The notes beneath the pieces are model-generated. The model was not told where the DNA came from and made no database searches. It saw only the letters and a program-made list of their open reading frames with translations. Below, piece by piece: positions 34,563 through 46,561 of a DNA stretch of 64,000 bases (the stretch's first letter is position 1; every line of letters starts with the position of its first letter). A program made the translations under genes and the position numbers. Source of the DNA: Squalus acanthias (taxonomy: Eukaryota). The DNA lies in NCBI GenBank assembly GCA_030390025.1, contig CM059425.1, positions 174,098,001 to 174,162,000 on the forward strand, written 5' to 3'.

Positions 34563-35750
34563 ATTCTGCCAATGGGAAAATCCATAAGAAGATTGCCAAC
34601 AATTACCTGCAGTTTCAGTTATGCCTGTAGATGTCATTGCAAACGGGTAATTTCCAATTTAATTCTGTCACGGTAATGTTAGGTTAAAAAAAAAACAAGA
34701 CTTGATATCCAAATCAAACGTTAAATTATCTTCCAGCTCTTTCACCTGCTGGAGCTGTAAGGATGCGTCAGCTGTGGCTCAGTTGGTAGCACTCTCACCA
34801 CTGCGCTCACAATCCCACTCCAGTGACTTGAGCACAAAAGTCCAGGCTGACGCTCCAGTGCAGTAACTCAGTACTGAGGGAGTGCTGCACTATCAGAGGT
34901 GATGTCTTTCCGATGAAACGTTAAACCAAGGTCCCGTCTGCTCTCTCAGGTGGATGTGAAAAATCCCACGGCACTAATTCGAAGAAGAGCAGGGAGTTAT
35001 CCCTGGTGTCCTGACCAATATTTATCCCTCAATCAACATCACTAAAAAACACAGATTAATTGGTATTATCACATTGCTGTTTGTGGCAGCTTGCTGTGTT
35101 CAAATTGGCTGCCATTTTTCTTACATTACAATAGTACTTAATTGGCTGTAAAGCACCTTGGGATGTCTTGAGGTCGTGAAAGGTGCTATATAAATGCAAG
35201 TCTTTCTTTTTGTCTTTTTTCAGGCCCATAATGAGGTCAGTTGTGCGTGGGGGATGGGAAATGACTGGCCTTTTTTACCGAGACGGGGCCCATTTCTGGT
35301 TGCAGTGCGGGGTTTGTGGCCTCTGGAGACTATTGGAGAAAATTAATGTGTATCAAATTGGATTAAATACTGGTTAGAAGGGTGGAAACATGTTTGCCTA
35401 GAATACCGAGGGTGGGGCACAGTTTGATAAAGGGAGTATCGCTGTACAGATTTACTTACCCATATATTTACTTTATCTTCATGAGCCCAGGAAGCACAGT
35501 ATCGCTAAACTTTTAAATGTTGACTTCTGCTGTTTGACTGGCTCTTGCAGTTCCAACAGGTGTTCATGTGTGAAAGTGTTGGAAGCCAAATTAACATTTG
35601 ATTTGGATATCAAGTCTTGTTTTTTTTTACCTAACATTACCGTGACAGAATTAAGTTGGAAATTACCCATTTACAACAACATCTACAGGCATAACTGAAA
35701 CTGCAGGTAATTGTTGGCAATTTTCTTATGGATTTTCCCATTGGCAGAAT
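34563..35750. repeat. Inverted repeat pair with arms 34563-34760 and 35544-35750
   Basis: ATTCTGCCAATGGGAAAATCCATAAG...CAAGACTTGATATCCAAATCAAA is reverse-complemented in the right arm; about 90% identical by eye. Confidence 0.92.
34762..35210 (+). mobile_element. tRNA-head SINE (DeuSINE/SacSINE1-like)
   Basis: GCGTCAGCTGTGGCTCAGTTGGTAGCAC head, conserved core, and tail GGTGCTATATAAATGCAAGTCTTTCTTT. Confidence 0.85.
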
Positions 35751-36041
35751 CTTACATTGGAGTTTTCAAGATAATTTGAAATGGAATGTTGCAACCCACA
35801 CAGCGATTTTAATATATAATAGATGGGGCTTTAGTGACATCTCATCGTAATCTGTACACCTCAATGAGATTACCGCTTTATAGTCATTCACAGATAACTG
35901 CTAATCTCTATGTAATATTCTTACTATCTATATATTTTGTTGATAGCTGAACTTTTTGTTAATAATTCAACTATGTATAACGCATGCTACCAGTTCAAAT
36001 AAATGAAGGGGGCTCACACCCTCTTCAGTGTCTGAGATCTG

Positions 36042-36719
36042 GGGCTGAATTTTAACACTCAAAAATGGGTGGGTTGGGGTCGGGTCAGATGTTAACATTT
36101 TAAAAATCTCAACCCCGACCCCAACCTGCCTCCAACCCGCCCACTTCCGGGTTTAACAGAGGTGGGACAAGGGGCAGGCAACCAACCCACTCCCAGGAGG
36201 TGGGTTGGCCATTTAAATATTTTAATGAGGCTGGCTGCCTCTGATTTAACCTGCTTAGCAGGTTTAACAGTGACTGGCCGGGTTTCCCAGGCCTCGGGAA
36301 ACCTGGCAGCTGAAGGAAGGTGAGGACAGCTTCAGGGAGAAGGTAAGTGCCTTTACAGCACTGCTTGTGGGCCAGAAGGAGCAGGAGTGCTTCCCCCCAG
36401 CACCCCCATGCTCCCCCCCACCATCAGACCCCCCCCCTTACAATGACCCCCCTGGGGTCGGGGATCGGACCTCCCCCCCCCGAGGTCGGGGATCAGACCT
36501 ACCTGCTCCTGCGGCCTGCTCTGGAGTCCTCCCTGCATGACTAGAAGCCAAGCCTAGCAATCACACTGACTTCCGGGCAGGGAATCTGTCAAGGAGAAAA
36601 GACGCACGCTATGGAGTTAAAACTCAAGAACATACAGAAAACCCCCGAATTCCGGGCTTCCTGTCCAAAACTCTGTCCCCACCCTGCCTACACAACCCAC
36701 CCCTGTTAATATCCAGACC
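36042..36719. mobile_element. Harbinger MITE
   Basis: TIR GGGCTGAATTTTAAC versus GTTAATATCCAGACC (12 of 15 match); TSD CTG. Confidence 0.75.
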
Positions 36720-36949
36720 CTGGTGTCAGGTATGGGTAGTTTTAAACTGGCAGTACTTCATTTTATGTATATTTGTGACCATGTGCCAAGCTGTCAAATC
36801 TACTGGTTGTAGCTTCTGGCAATACTGATGTACTACTTATTTCTGAATCATTCTGAACGGAGCATCTCTGGCTATGATTTTTTTAGCAGGATAAATCAAG
36901 TACCTTCAAAATATTTGGACGGAGACAGTTTTCAAGAAAAGGAAAAGTC

Positions 36950-38630
36950 CTTTTGGTTAACCTCTTGCTGATGATTGTTAATTACCTTGACTGTCAAATA
37001 CCATCAGCAGAATTCAATCCATCACCTTTGATACACCATTCTTCTGATTAGTAACCTCAATTGCCATCATGATGATTCGCTAGGAAGCAATAACTGTAAA
37101 AATAATAGTCATGGCCAATTCTCTTTTGCAGTTGCTAAATGTCTCAACCAACTAGTTTGCTCTCCAATTAAAGGTAATGCCTACATAGACCTAGCATTGA
37201 CAGCCTTTGTTATCACTTGAAAGCAGTTAACAAAGCACTAGTTGGCACGTCTGACTACCACTTGGTTTGCATCCAAACTGTTTGTCGTCGTTATCTTGAA
37301 AAGAATACCAAATGCATGCTTTGGCTCTATGACAGGACCAATTGGAATGGTCTCAGCAAAAGGTTGCTATTACAGACATTCCTTCTGCCAATCAAAACAG
37401 CCAGAATTCATCTGGACTGAAACCAAGCAGTTCATAGTTAGAACTACAATGGGACAAATTCCATCCAAGCAGTTAAAAATTGACATTGGTCTGGTTTAAT
37501 GAAAGAAATGCTGCAGCAATAGCCAAAAAGTCGAAATGTTTTGGTGAATGGGAAAGATCAGGGAATCAAAATGAAAGGGAAAGCAGTCTCCACACCAAGT
37601 TTCAATCATCAGCTCATTAGAAATACGCATTGAATATCGCTTCCAAATTCATAATATGCAGTCAAGTTCCAGTGATCGGTAGAAGATAGCAAAATATGTT
37701 TCCAGCGTGGGCTACAATCTCCTCCTGAGAGGAATAGGATTATGTGACACACTTCCGTGGACAACGTTGTTGAAAATTATATTTGCTGCAATTATCCAAA
37801 ATCCAAAGGTCGGATATCAAATGTTTAATTGAAGAGTAGCAGCCCAATCAATTGAATCAGGACCAAGGCAAAGAAAGTGCAACGTCTAATTCAAAAGCTT
37901 GAACCCAGAGAAGCAACTGATCTTGACACGTGTACTTGGGCTCTCAATGCTACATCCAGGAAACTCGCTGTTCCCCTTGTTCACATATTTCAACTCTCCT
38001 GGTTTCTTTCCATCTGGGTTGAAAGCAGAAAACATTGTAATTTTCCACAAGAAGGGTTCAAAGTCAGACACTGAAAATTGCATACTGGTATCTGCCTCCA
38101 ATCACATTAAAACTCCAGGAAATTATTGTGAAAGAGAAGTGGCTGCAACATTCGAATTGCAATATTGTGCTAACAGGTTCCTAATTTGGTTTCAAAATAA
38201 ATTTGTTGGCATGTGACAATCTCCAGAAAAAGAGTGATTCTCTTGGTGCTCAGTTAGGACCGTAGCTCTTGATGTTTCTAAAACCTTATATAAGATGTGT
38301 CATCACAGCCACATTGAGAAGTTGGCCTCCTGTTGCATATCTGATGAGCTTCTGAATTGGATAGTACACAGACCTTGGGTCAGAGTGAATGGACATTTAT
38401 CATCTTAATGCAAAACCTTTGCAATGGACCCTCAGAAAAAATGAGCTCAGTACTAATCTGTTTCTCTTCTACATCAATAACTTGGTGGATGTCATCAAAA
38501 TTGACATCATTTTCCTTGCTGACCAAATCTATTTGAGGTAGATATGGATAAAATTGTATTGTAAGTAAACATATGAGCCTAGAAATTAGTGTTGTCAAAA
38601 TGAGCAGACAAACATTTAATACATTCACAT
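36950..38630 (+). mobile_element. Very old non-LTR retrotransposon ORF2 remnant
   Basis: Colinear decayed motifs LISNLNCHH (GDFN-like), VGTSDYH, KLEPREATDLD (KAxGPD-like) and IFHKKGSKSD. Confidence 0.6.
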
Positions 38631-38649
38631 GACATTCCTTTGCTTTTAA

Positions 38650-38765
38650 TAAAAGAAAATCTTGCATTTACATAGCGCCTTTCACAACCTCAGGATGTTC
38701 CAAAGCGCTGTATGGCCAAAGAAGTACTTTGGAAATGTCGTCACTGTTGGAATGTAGGAAATGTA
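38650..38765 (-). mobile_element. SINE 3' fragment
   Basis: CTTGCATTTACATAGCGCCTTTCACAACCTCAGGATG matches the SINE tail. Confidence 0.75.
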
Positions 38766-38854
38766 ATTCAATGAACACATAAAACCATTTAAAGTAAATA
38801 GCTTAGCAATCACATTTAAATAGTGGACAGAGGAATGTCATACAAACACATTAA

Positions 38855-40372
38855 GGGCTAGAAATTCATTATAGCCAAGAAGTGTTTAGACTAAAATTGG
38901 TTAAGTAGCGCCAGTTGAAAATCGTCTAGGCTGCAAGCAAAATTCGTTCTCACTCCTCATTAAAATGATTCTCGTCTAAAAACCAAGCTCATTGGCGTTA
39001 CACTGAAAAGATGGACCAATATCGGGGGCAGTCTAAATGCAAGTAATGATTGCCACAGGCTTTTTTCACTGCTTAAAGAGGAGGTTCATTGATGCAGCAG
39101 CACCTCATTTTCAGCTTTGTTGGGTGTGCAGCTGCCTCAACAACCATAAGAAGAAGGACAAGGAGAAGGAGTACTTATTTACAAATCCTGATGGCAGATC
39201 ACCACCCCAGGGAGAGAGTCCGGAGGTTTTCCAATGAAGCTTTGGAGGCATTGGTTTTAGTGGTGGAGAGAAGGTGGCCGGTCCTGTACCCGCCAACTGG
39301 CAGGAGGCCCTCGCCACAAGTCTGCCGGACTATGTGGAGGGAGGTGGCACAACATGTCACGGGCAGCACTGTGGTCCCCAGGACCCACACACAGTGCAGG
39401 AAGAAGTTTAACGAGCTCACACGGGTGGTCAGAGTGAGTGAAGGCTTCAACAAATGCTACATACCACCATCTGTACCACAAGCTTCACACACTGCTCAAT
39501 GCACCACACCCCCAGCACTCACCCACCAACAATCTCTACCTACCAACACTCACACCCACATCTCACACCTTGCACACAATGTCAGCTATTCAACTATGGC
39601 AGGCACAAGGGTCATTAGTTATTAGAATTCATGTAATATGTGTGATATGTTTATAGATAAAGTTATTAATTGTGGCCCAGGAGGACGCTGTGATATGGTG
39701 TGAGACAAGGATTTTATGATGGGGATGTGGTGAGCTATGGGAATCTGGGGTTTCATTCATGTGAATCAGAGTCTGATGAGCCAGTCACGGACAGTCCATC
39801 TGGAAGGTCGATTGTCTCGCTGCCTCCGCTTCCTCCACTGTAGATCCTGGAGGGTGAGGTCCACTGCCAGTACAGCCCCTATGACTTTTAGCAAGTATTG
39901 TAGGATGGAGCTTTTCAGAAATAATTATGGCATTTTGTACTTGCCACAACACTCCCTGATGCCAAAAAACCTTGAAATGAATAAAGAAAACTCTTCCAGT
40001 AGCAGGAAGTTGCACACAGCCACTCAAACTTCAAAAACCTGTCAGGTCCGAGTGATTGGTGATGATCCCTTTAAATAGCGTCACTGGAGCTGGCTTCCTG
40101 CTGCTGCACTCCACCTGAAGCTGTCGTTGGTTTTTCCAGCCGGTAAGTTCATTGGCTGTAATGAAGTTGGGAGATCAGGCGTCAAGTGAGTGTTGCACAC
40201 TTACTGACATCACAATATCTGTGATGGCGAGGTCCCCGGCAATTGCATTCAGTAGCAGCGCTACTGGTAACCGATATGGCATGCGGCGCTGGAACCGGCA
40301 TCAGGTGGCGTTAAATCTCTCAGCCATCTCGTGGTGCTAATGGGTGGTACAAACCACACAAATTTCTCCCCC
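38855..40372 (+). mobile_element. Non-autonomous Harbinger (1,518 bp) with an intact Myb/SANT exon 1 (39191-39433) and a nuclease N-terminal remnant (-)
   Basis: TIR GGGCTAGAAATT/AATTTCTCCCCC; TSD TAA; MADHHPRERVRRFSNEALEALV...WREVAQ...QCRKKFNELTRVVR|gtgagt. Confidence 0.88.
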
Positions 40373-41717
40373 TAAGTGTTTATCCACTAAAATTGCTAAC
40401 AGTAATTTCTTGGCTATGGTGTGTTAATGGCATTGGAAACCTGACAGCAGGGTAATTTATGGACTTGTATTTGAGGAAGCAGATTGTTTTAGGGTCGTAG
40501 CAAAAGAGAAAAAATACAGGAGTGATTGATGTACTGGTTACAAAACTCTTCTAATTTTAACGATGTGAAAATGACGAGAGTGTGAATTAATGCAATTTAA
40601 TGCGAGAGGAGGCAAATTCCAACGGGACAAAGCTACTGTCATTTGCAAGTATGAGTCCCAAGACAGGTTTACTAATCTCGATTGTAATTGTATTTGTTAG
40701 TTGTCTTGATTGGAGATATATGGATGGAGGCTTCTATTTAGACAGGGTTTGAAGAAAATAGTAAGAACATAAGACCATAAGAAATAAGAGCAGAAGTAGG
40801 CCATACGGCCCCTCGAGCTTGCTCTGTCATTCAATAAGTTCATGGCTGATCATGACTAAGACGGTGAGTAGCCCGCTTAAAATCGTAATATCTTGCATCT
40901 ATGGATGCAGAATATCAGAATCTCTCCATGTTTTACATATTCAAAAAGTCAGTGACTGTCTCAGGTGACATAGGCTGCCATTAAAACGCTGGGCACTTTA
41001 CAAATATTAAAATGAAAAAATTGAAACAGTGAGTACAGTAAAATCTTCATAGTCCAACACAACAGAGTAACTAGAATTTTAATCATCTTTCTGCTGGTTG
41101 TTGTTAAATAAAACAGTAAAGGTATTCTTTCCTCTGTACCTTCATCCTCTGATGTGAGTCACTTTGGCGGCGGCCTCAATACATTGACCATTAGCTGTGC
41201 CATTTCAGATTTGTCGATATGCTGGTGCAGCATATTGGGCCATAATTTGCTGTGGCAGGGTATCTAACTACATCTGCTCGATCTCCCCTTGCACCTTTAG
41301 GTTTTAAAATATTTTGTGTGGCAAGTTTTTGAAAGTGTGAGCTGATAATGTCGTAGAGAGGGAAGCAGGGTATCTGGGACCTGAGTGAAAAGGGCAAGCA
41401 ACTGTTTATCTCCTTAACCAGTCAGATTGAAGGATTGAGAAATTAATAGCGCAAGAACTGAGAAGGAAGTGTAAATTTGAGTGGGTGAATTCAATGCCAA
41501 ATCAGGTACAGAAAGAGAAATAAACAGAGGGAAAGAGAGATTGGATTAAGAGAGAGAAAAAAGAAACAGAAAGGAAAAGTAAAAACAAATTAAATTTAAC
41601 ATTTAAAAAATCTCCAACAACAATTAAAACCTGAAGGAATGAGACTCCACAGTTGTAATAGGTAATTTTCAGTGCCAGGGAGGTTGTTTGGCAGTAATTA
41701 ACACTTATCAAGTCGTT

Positions 41718-42294
41718 AATTAGCCGAGGCATAGAATATAAGAGCAGGGAGGTTATGATGGAGCTGTACAAAATGCTAGTTAGGCCACAGCTGGAATACT
41801 GTGTGCAGTCCTGGTCGCCACACTATAGGAAGGATGTGATTGCATTGGAGAGGGTGCAGAGGAGATTCACCAGGATGTTACCTGGGCTGGGGTTGTTTTC
41901 CTTAGAGCAGAGAAGGCTGAGGGGGGACCTGATTGAGGTGTACAAAATTATGAGGGGCATAGATAGGGTAGATAGAAGGGAACTTTTCCCCTTAGTAGAG
42001 GGGTCAATAACCAGGGGGCATAGTTTCAAGGTAAGGGGCAGGAGGTTTAGAGGGGATTTGAGGAAAAACTTTTTCACCCAGAGGGTGGTTGGAATCTGGA
42101 ACTCACTGCCTGAAAGGGTGGTAGAGGCAGGAACCCTCACAACATTCAAGAAGCATTTAGATGAGCACTTGAAACGCCATAGCATACAAGGCTACGGACC
42201 AAGTGCTGGAAAATGGGATTAGAATAGATAGGGCTTGATGGCTGGCGCGGACACGATGGGCCAAAGGGCCTCTTTCTGTGCTGTATAACTCTAT
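41718..42294 (+). mobile_element. CR1 3' end; the tail resumes at 43783 (TATGACTCTA)
   Basis: ORF 41755-42222 LVRPQLEYCVQSWSP...FFTQRVVGIWNSLP. Confidence 0.92.
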
Positions 42295-42974
42295 GGGCTG
42301 GATTTTGATACTGGGGCGGGTTGGGGTCGTGTCATCCACTTTTCGTGTTATCCACCCGACTGCAATTGGATGTGAGAGATTGATGCAATTTTTACCTAAT
42401 TGGGCAATTGAGTTCCAGCATGTGGGAACCCATGAACCAATTAGTGTTTTCAGTCTGAAAGTCGCCTCTGATGATGTCATCATTGCTGCTGCATTGAAGG
42501 TCTTCAGAGACTGCCTGGCCTTTGCTGTGAGAGGACCTGCAAAATGAGCAGCAGCAGCCCTAAGTCTGCTCCCAGATATTTTTACACCACCACTCCTAGA
42601 TATGTCTCCTCTCCATCCAGCCATCCAGCCAGCCAGCCATCCATCCATCCAGCCAGCCTGGCCATCCATAGTCAGCTATCCAAATGTGCTCCTGCCAGGT
42701 TTCACATTTGTGGTTCAGAACAGGCGTGCTTCACGTAGAACAAAGGTTAAAATCACAAAGGCCTTTCAAAATGGCATTATAGAGGCAATTTAGTGCTTGT
42801 TAAGGGCCTTAACAGCCTATCCCGCCTCTTACAGGCGGGACGGAGTCGGGACCAGCAGACACGATTTAATGAAAATTGCATGGAGGCGGACTTGTGCCCG
42901 CCCGCCAGTTTTCGCAATTTTAACCCCCCACACACCTCCAAACCCGCCTCCACGGGTCAATGAAAATCCAGCTC
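42295..42974 (+). mobile_element. Harbinger MITE copy B
   Basis: TIR GGGCTGGATTTT/AAAATCCAGCTC; TSD TAT; internal (CCAG/CCAT)n at ~42612-42668. Confidence 0.88.
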
Positions 42975-42977
42975 TAT

Positions 42978-43470
42978 GGGCTGGATTTTCAATGACCCGT
43001 GGAGTCGGGTTTGGAGGCGTGTGGAGGGTTAAAGTTGCAGATTCGGGGGTCCCGACCCCATCCCGATTCCATTCCGCCTCCACGCAATTTTGACAAAGTC
43101 GGTCGCGGGGTTCCCGACTCCATCCCACCTCCAAGAGGCGGGAGAGGCCATTAAAGCCCTTAACAAGCCCTAAATTGGCTCTGTAATGCCATTTTGAAAC
43201 GTTTTAGCTAGTTTAACCCTTTTCCGACGTGAAGCACGCCTGATGTGAAACACGCCAGTGAAACTTGGCGGGAGCACAAGTGGATAGCTGACTATCAGCT
43301 GCAGATCCACTATTACAACAGAGATGTGATGAAGGTAGTAGTAGTATTGTGATGAAGGTAGTGGTAGTATTAGGTCTGAAAGTCGCCTATGATGCTACTG
43401 CATTGAATGTCTTCAGAGACTGCCTGGGAGGACTTGGTTGCAAAAAAAATTCTCTCTCTCTCTCTCTCTG

Positions 43471-43502
<32 letters not shown>

Positions 43503-43782
43503 TCTCTCTCTGAGATGCTGCTGATTTTGCATCCAGGTCCTCTCACAGCAAAGGCCAGGCAATCTCTGAGATCAGGCAGTCTCTGACCTGCAATGATGAC
43601 ATCATCAGAGGCGACTTTCAGACTGAAACCACTAATTGGTTCATGGGTTCCCACATGCTGGAACTCAATAGCCCAATTAAGTGAAAATTGCATCAATCTC
43701 CCACATCCAATCGCAAGGCGGGTGGATAACACGAAATGCGGATGACACGACCCCAACCCGCCCCAGTATCAAAATCCAGCCC
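42978..43782 (-). mobile_element. Harbinger MITE copy C (same family as B, inverted)
   Basis: Perfect TIR GGGCTGGATTTT/AAAATCCAGCCC; TSD TAT; internal (TC)n. Confidence 0.9.
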
Positions 43783-44849
43783 TATGACTCTAAAATGGTG
43801 CTTAGACTGAAATGAACAAGACTTAACTTTCTGTGGCGAGTTTAGTTCATATCTAGGGCGCAAATATAGCATCTTCACACCATTCAATGCCTGTCAATGG
43901 TGAGGCAGACAGTGAGATGACGTTTTCGTGAAGCTAATGGCGGGAAGGCGTAACTCGGACTGCAAATTTTGAATATCCACATTAACCACGCATCTGCCCC
44001 TCACCTGAAGTTGCTGTACCATTTGTGCATAAATAACGGTGAGCGCCATTAGCCTCACTGTTATTTTGACAGCAAATTCTGGCCCATTCTAATCAGTTCC
44101 CCAGCAAATTGTGGCGTAAATTCGACACTAGAGGACTGGGGAACCAATGGTCTAATTTATGGTGGGCGTTGCCAATGTCATCATTGCCGTGAATTCTGGA
44201 CCATTATTTTACTTGCTTTTGCTTTTCTGTGTTTTCTTTTTGGGTGAACTTTTGTTTAAATCAGTAATACATTTTTCTTCATTAATTATCAATTGTCAGT
44301 TTTTTTAATGGGAGATTACTAGTTACTAAGAAAGTAAGCAATTGGGGTGGGTAACTCACTAAAGTATATATTTCAAGGATTACAAACAGTTCCTGTGTAA
44401 ATTCTGTTTAGTACAGGGGTCAGAATTACACACCCATCCATTGTTTTAGAATCTGTTTTACAGACTATGTGAAGATTGTATTAAAACTCATTAAATGCAG
44501 TATCCTGTGGCTTTTGTCGTTCTGGCTTGAAACCATTGCTTTCTCTGCTATGTACTTTCTTAAATGGTGCCAAAAGATTTCCTGTTTGTCCCTGCCTTCT
44601 TGGATTAGACCTGGTTGAAAGCCAATATTTCTGCACAGTAAACATCAGCTTCTTCTGTTTATTTCCTGTAGTTCACTGAGGAAGATTGTGGTATAAATGA
44701 ATGCTGAATAACCAAATGCTTCGGTTCCACATACTGGGTATGAGCTTTAAATATATTAACTGAGCCTGTTTTTTGTAAGATTTCCTTTATACAAATAAAT
44801 TAGAAAAGTTGAGAGAGAGAAAGAAAGGAAAATAAATAGATGGATAGAT

Positions 44850-44950
44850 CTGTTATATCCATCTGAGAGGGCAGATGGGGCCACGGTTTAACGTTTCATT
44901 TGAAAGACAGCACCTCCGACAGTGCAGCACTCCCTCAGTGCTGCACTGAA
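44850..44950 (-). mobile_element. SINE core fragment
   Basis: GAAAGACAGCACCTCCGACAGTGCAGCACTCCCTCAG matches 32205-32250. Confidence 0.7.
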
Positions 44951-45079
44951 CAATATTTTTAAAAGATTATTCTATGCAGCCAACATTTTTTTAGATAAGA
45001 CGTACATTTTATTTTATTTTCTACCCTTCTTACCTAGACTATTATAGCTCTGGCCACTGTCTGAGGCTGAACCAGACTG

Positions 45080-45644
45080 TTAGCTAGTTTAACCCTTTTC
45101 CAACGTGAAGTACGCCTGATGTGAAACACGCCAGTGAAACTTGGCGGGAGCACAAGTGGATAGCTGACTATCAGCTGCAGGTCGACTATTACAACGGAGA
45201 TGTGATGAAGGTAGTAGTAGTATTGGTCTGAAAGTCGCCTCGCCTCTGATGCTGCTGAGACTGCCTGGCCTTTTCTGTGAGAGGACCTAGATGCAAAAAG
45301 AATTGTCTGTCTCTCTCTCTCTCTCTGTGTGTCTCTCTCTGTGTCTCTCTCTGTGTGTCTCTCTCTGTCTCTCTCTCCTTGGAGCTGCTGCTCATTTTGC
45401 ATCCAGGTCCTCTCACACCAAAAGCCAGGCAGTCTCTGACCTGACTTGACCTGCAATGATGACATCATCAGAGGCGACTTTCAGACTGAAACCACTAATT
45501 AGTTCATGGGTTCCCACATGCTGGAACTCAATTGCCCAATTAAGTGAAAATTGCATCAATCTCCCACATCCAAATGCAGTCGGGTGGATAACATGAAATG
45601 CAGATGACATGACCCCAACCCGCCCCAGTATCAAAATCCAGCCC
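45080..45644 (-). mobile_element. Truncated third copy of the B/C MITE family
   Basis: Highly similar to 43204-43782 and ends AAAATCCAGCCC. Confidence 0.88.
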
Positions 45645-45944
45645 ATTGAGTGAACAAAATAATAAAAATATTGCAGCTGTAAGAATTAAACTAATCATTT
45701 GAAAATAGCTTTTAAAGTATACAGAGTGCTCCTTCTTTCTTTAGGAAATGTCAAACTTCTGAGATTTCAAACTATCAGCTATCATGGGATTTTCCAATTT
45801 AAATGAAAGAAGCTTTTTTTTAACCTGAAAAGAGTTACAAGGACTTAAGCAGCAGCAGGAACAGGGAAATAAGTGCTGCGTTGCAATTTGCAGCGCACTA
45901 CCAACCCGTTCCCACTTAAGATGGGGAAGAAAATCAGCCCCAAA

Positions 45945-46230
45945 GTATCATGAGCCATAGAGTTAGAGGGCAGCCTTGGTCTCCTAGAAGACAACCTTGC
46001 GCTTTTCTTTGAAGGTCAAAAAATGGGAGCCTGGTAGATTTCCGTAAAATAAAGGCATTTCATGCTGCCTGGGAAATAGGCACTCACCTGCATGATCCTG
46101 TGCTGATGGTCACAAATGAGGGTCCCCTTGATGGGGATTGCCCTTTGGTTCACGAATGCACAGCTATTGTTCACAGAAGCAGATATGGTTGGATTAGTGC
46201 CATCAACCATGCCCTAGACTTTGAAGAATA
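45945..46230 (-). pseudogene. Old Harbinger nuclease fragment
   Basis: MVDGT...LICDHQHRIMQVSAYFPGS. Confidence 0.65.
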
Positions 46231-46561
46231 CTACTATTTGGAAAAGGTACAGTGCATACTTCGACCAGTTTTACTGGCGGTACAGCTGATGAGGATCAAA
46301 AAAGGTAAGTTTTAAATTATTTTTGTAGAGCCAGGAGGAGCTTCTGGGCCCCACAAAAATAATCTGGGCTGCTGCCATCCCGGGTTCCACACCCCCGCTT
46401 CATGATCGTGACCCTCCTCCCCCCCCCCCCCCCCCCCCACCAACCCCCACAGGACTTACCTTGCTGCCGGCTGGCCTGGCCTCTGACTGACTAATATTGC
46501 GTAGGTCTGAATCCGACAAGCTGCACTGTGGATGCCCATTTGGGGCAGAAAGCGCCGAGAC

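Larger units (their letters stand above)
41237..44085. mobile_element. Harbinger MITE hosting a nested CR1 and two further MITEs
   Basis: TIR GGGCCATAATTTGCTGT/ACAGCAAATTCTGGCCC (16 of 17 match); TSD ATT. Confidence 0.85.
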
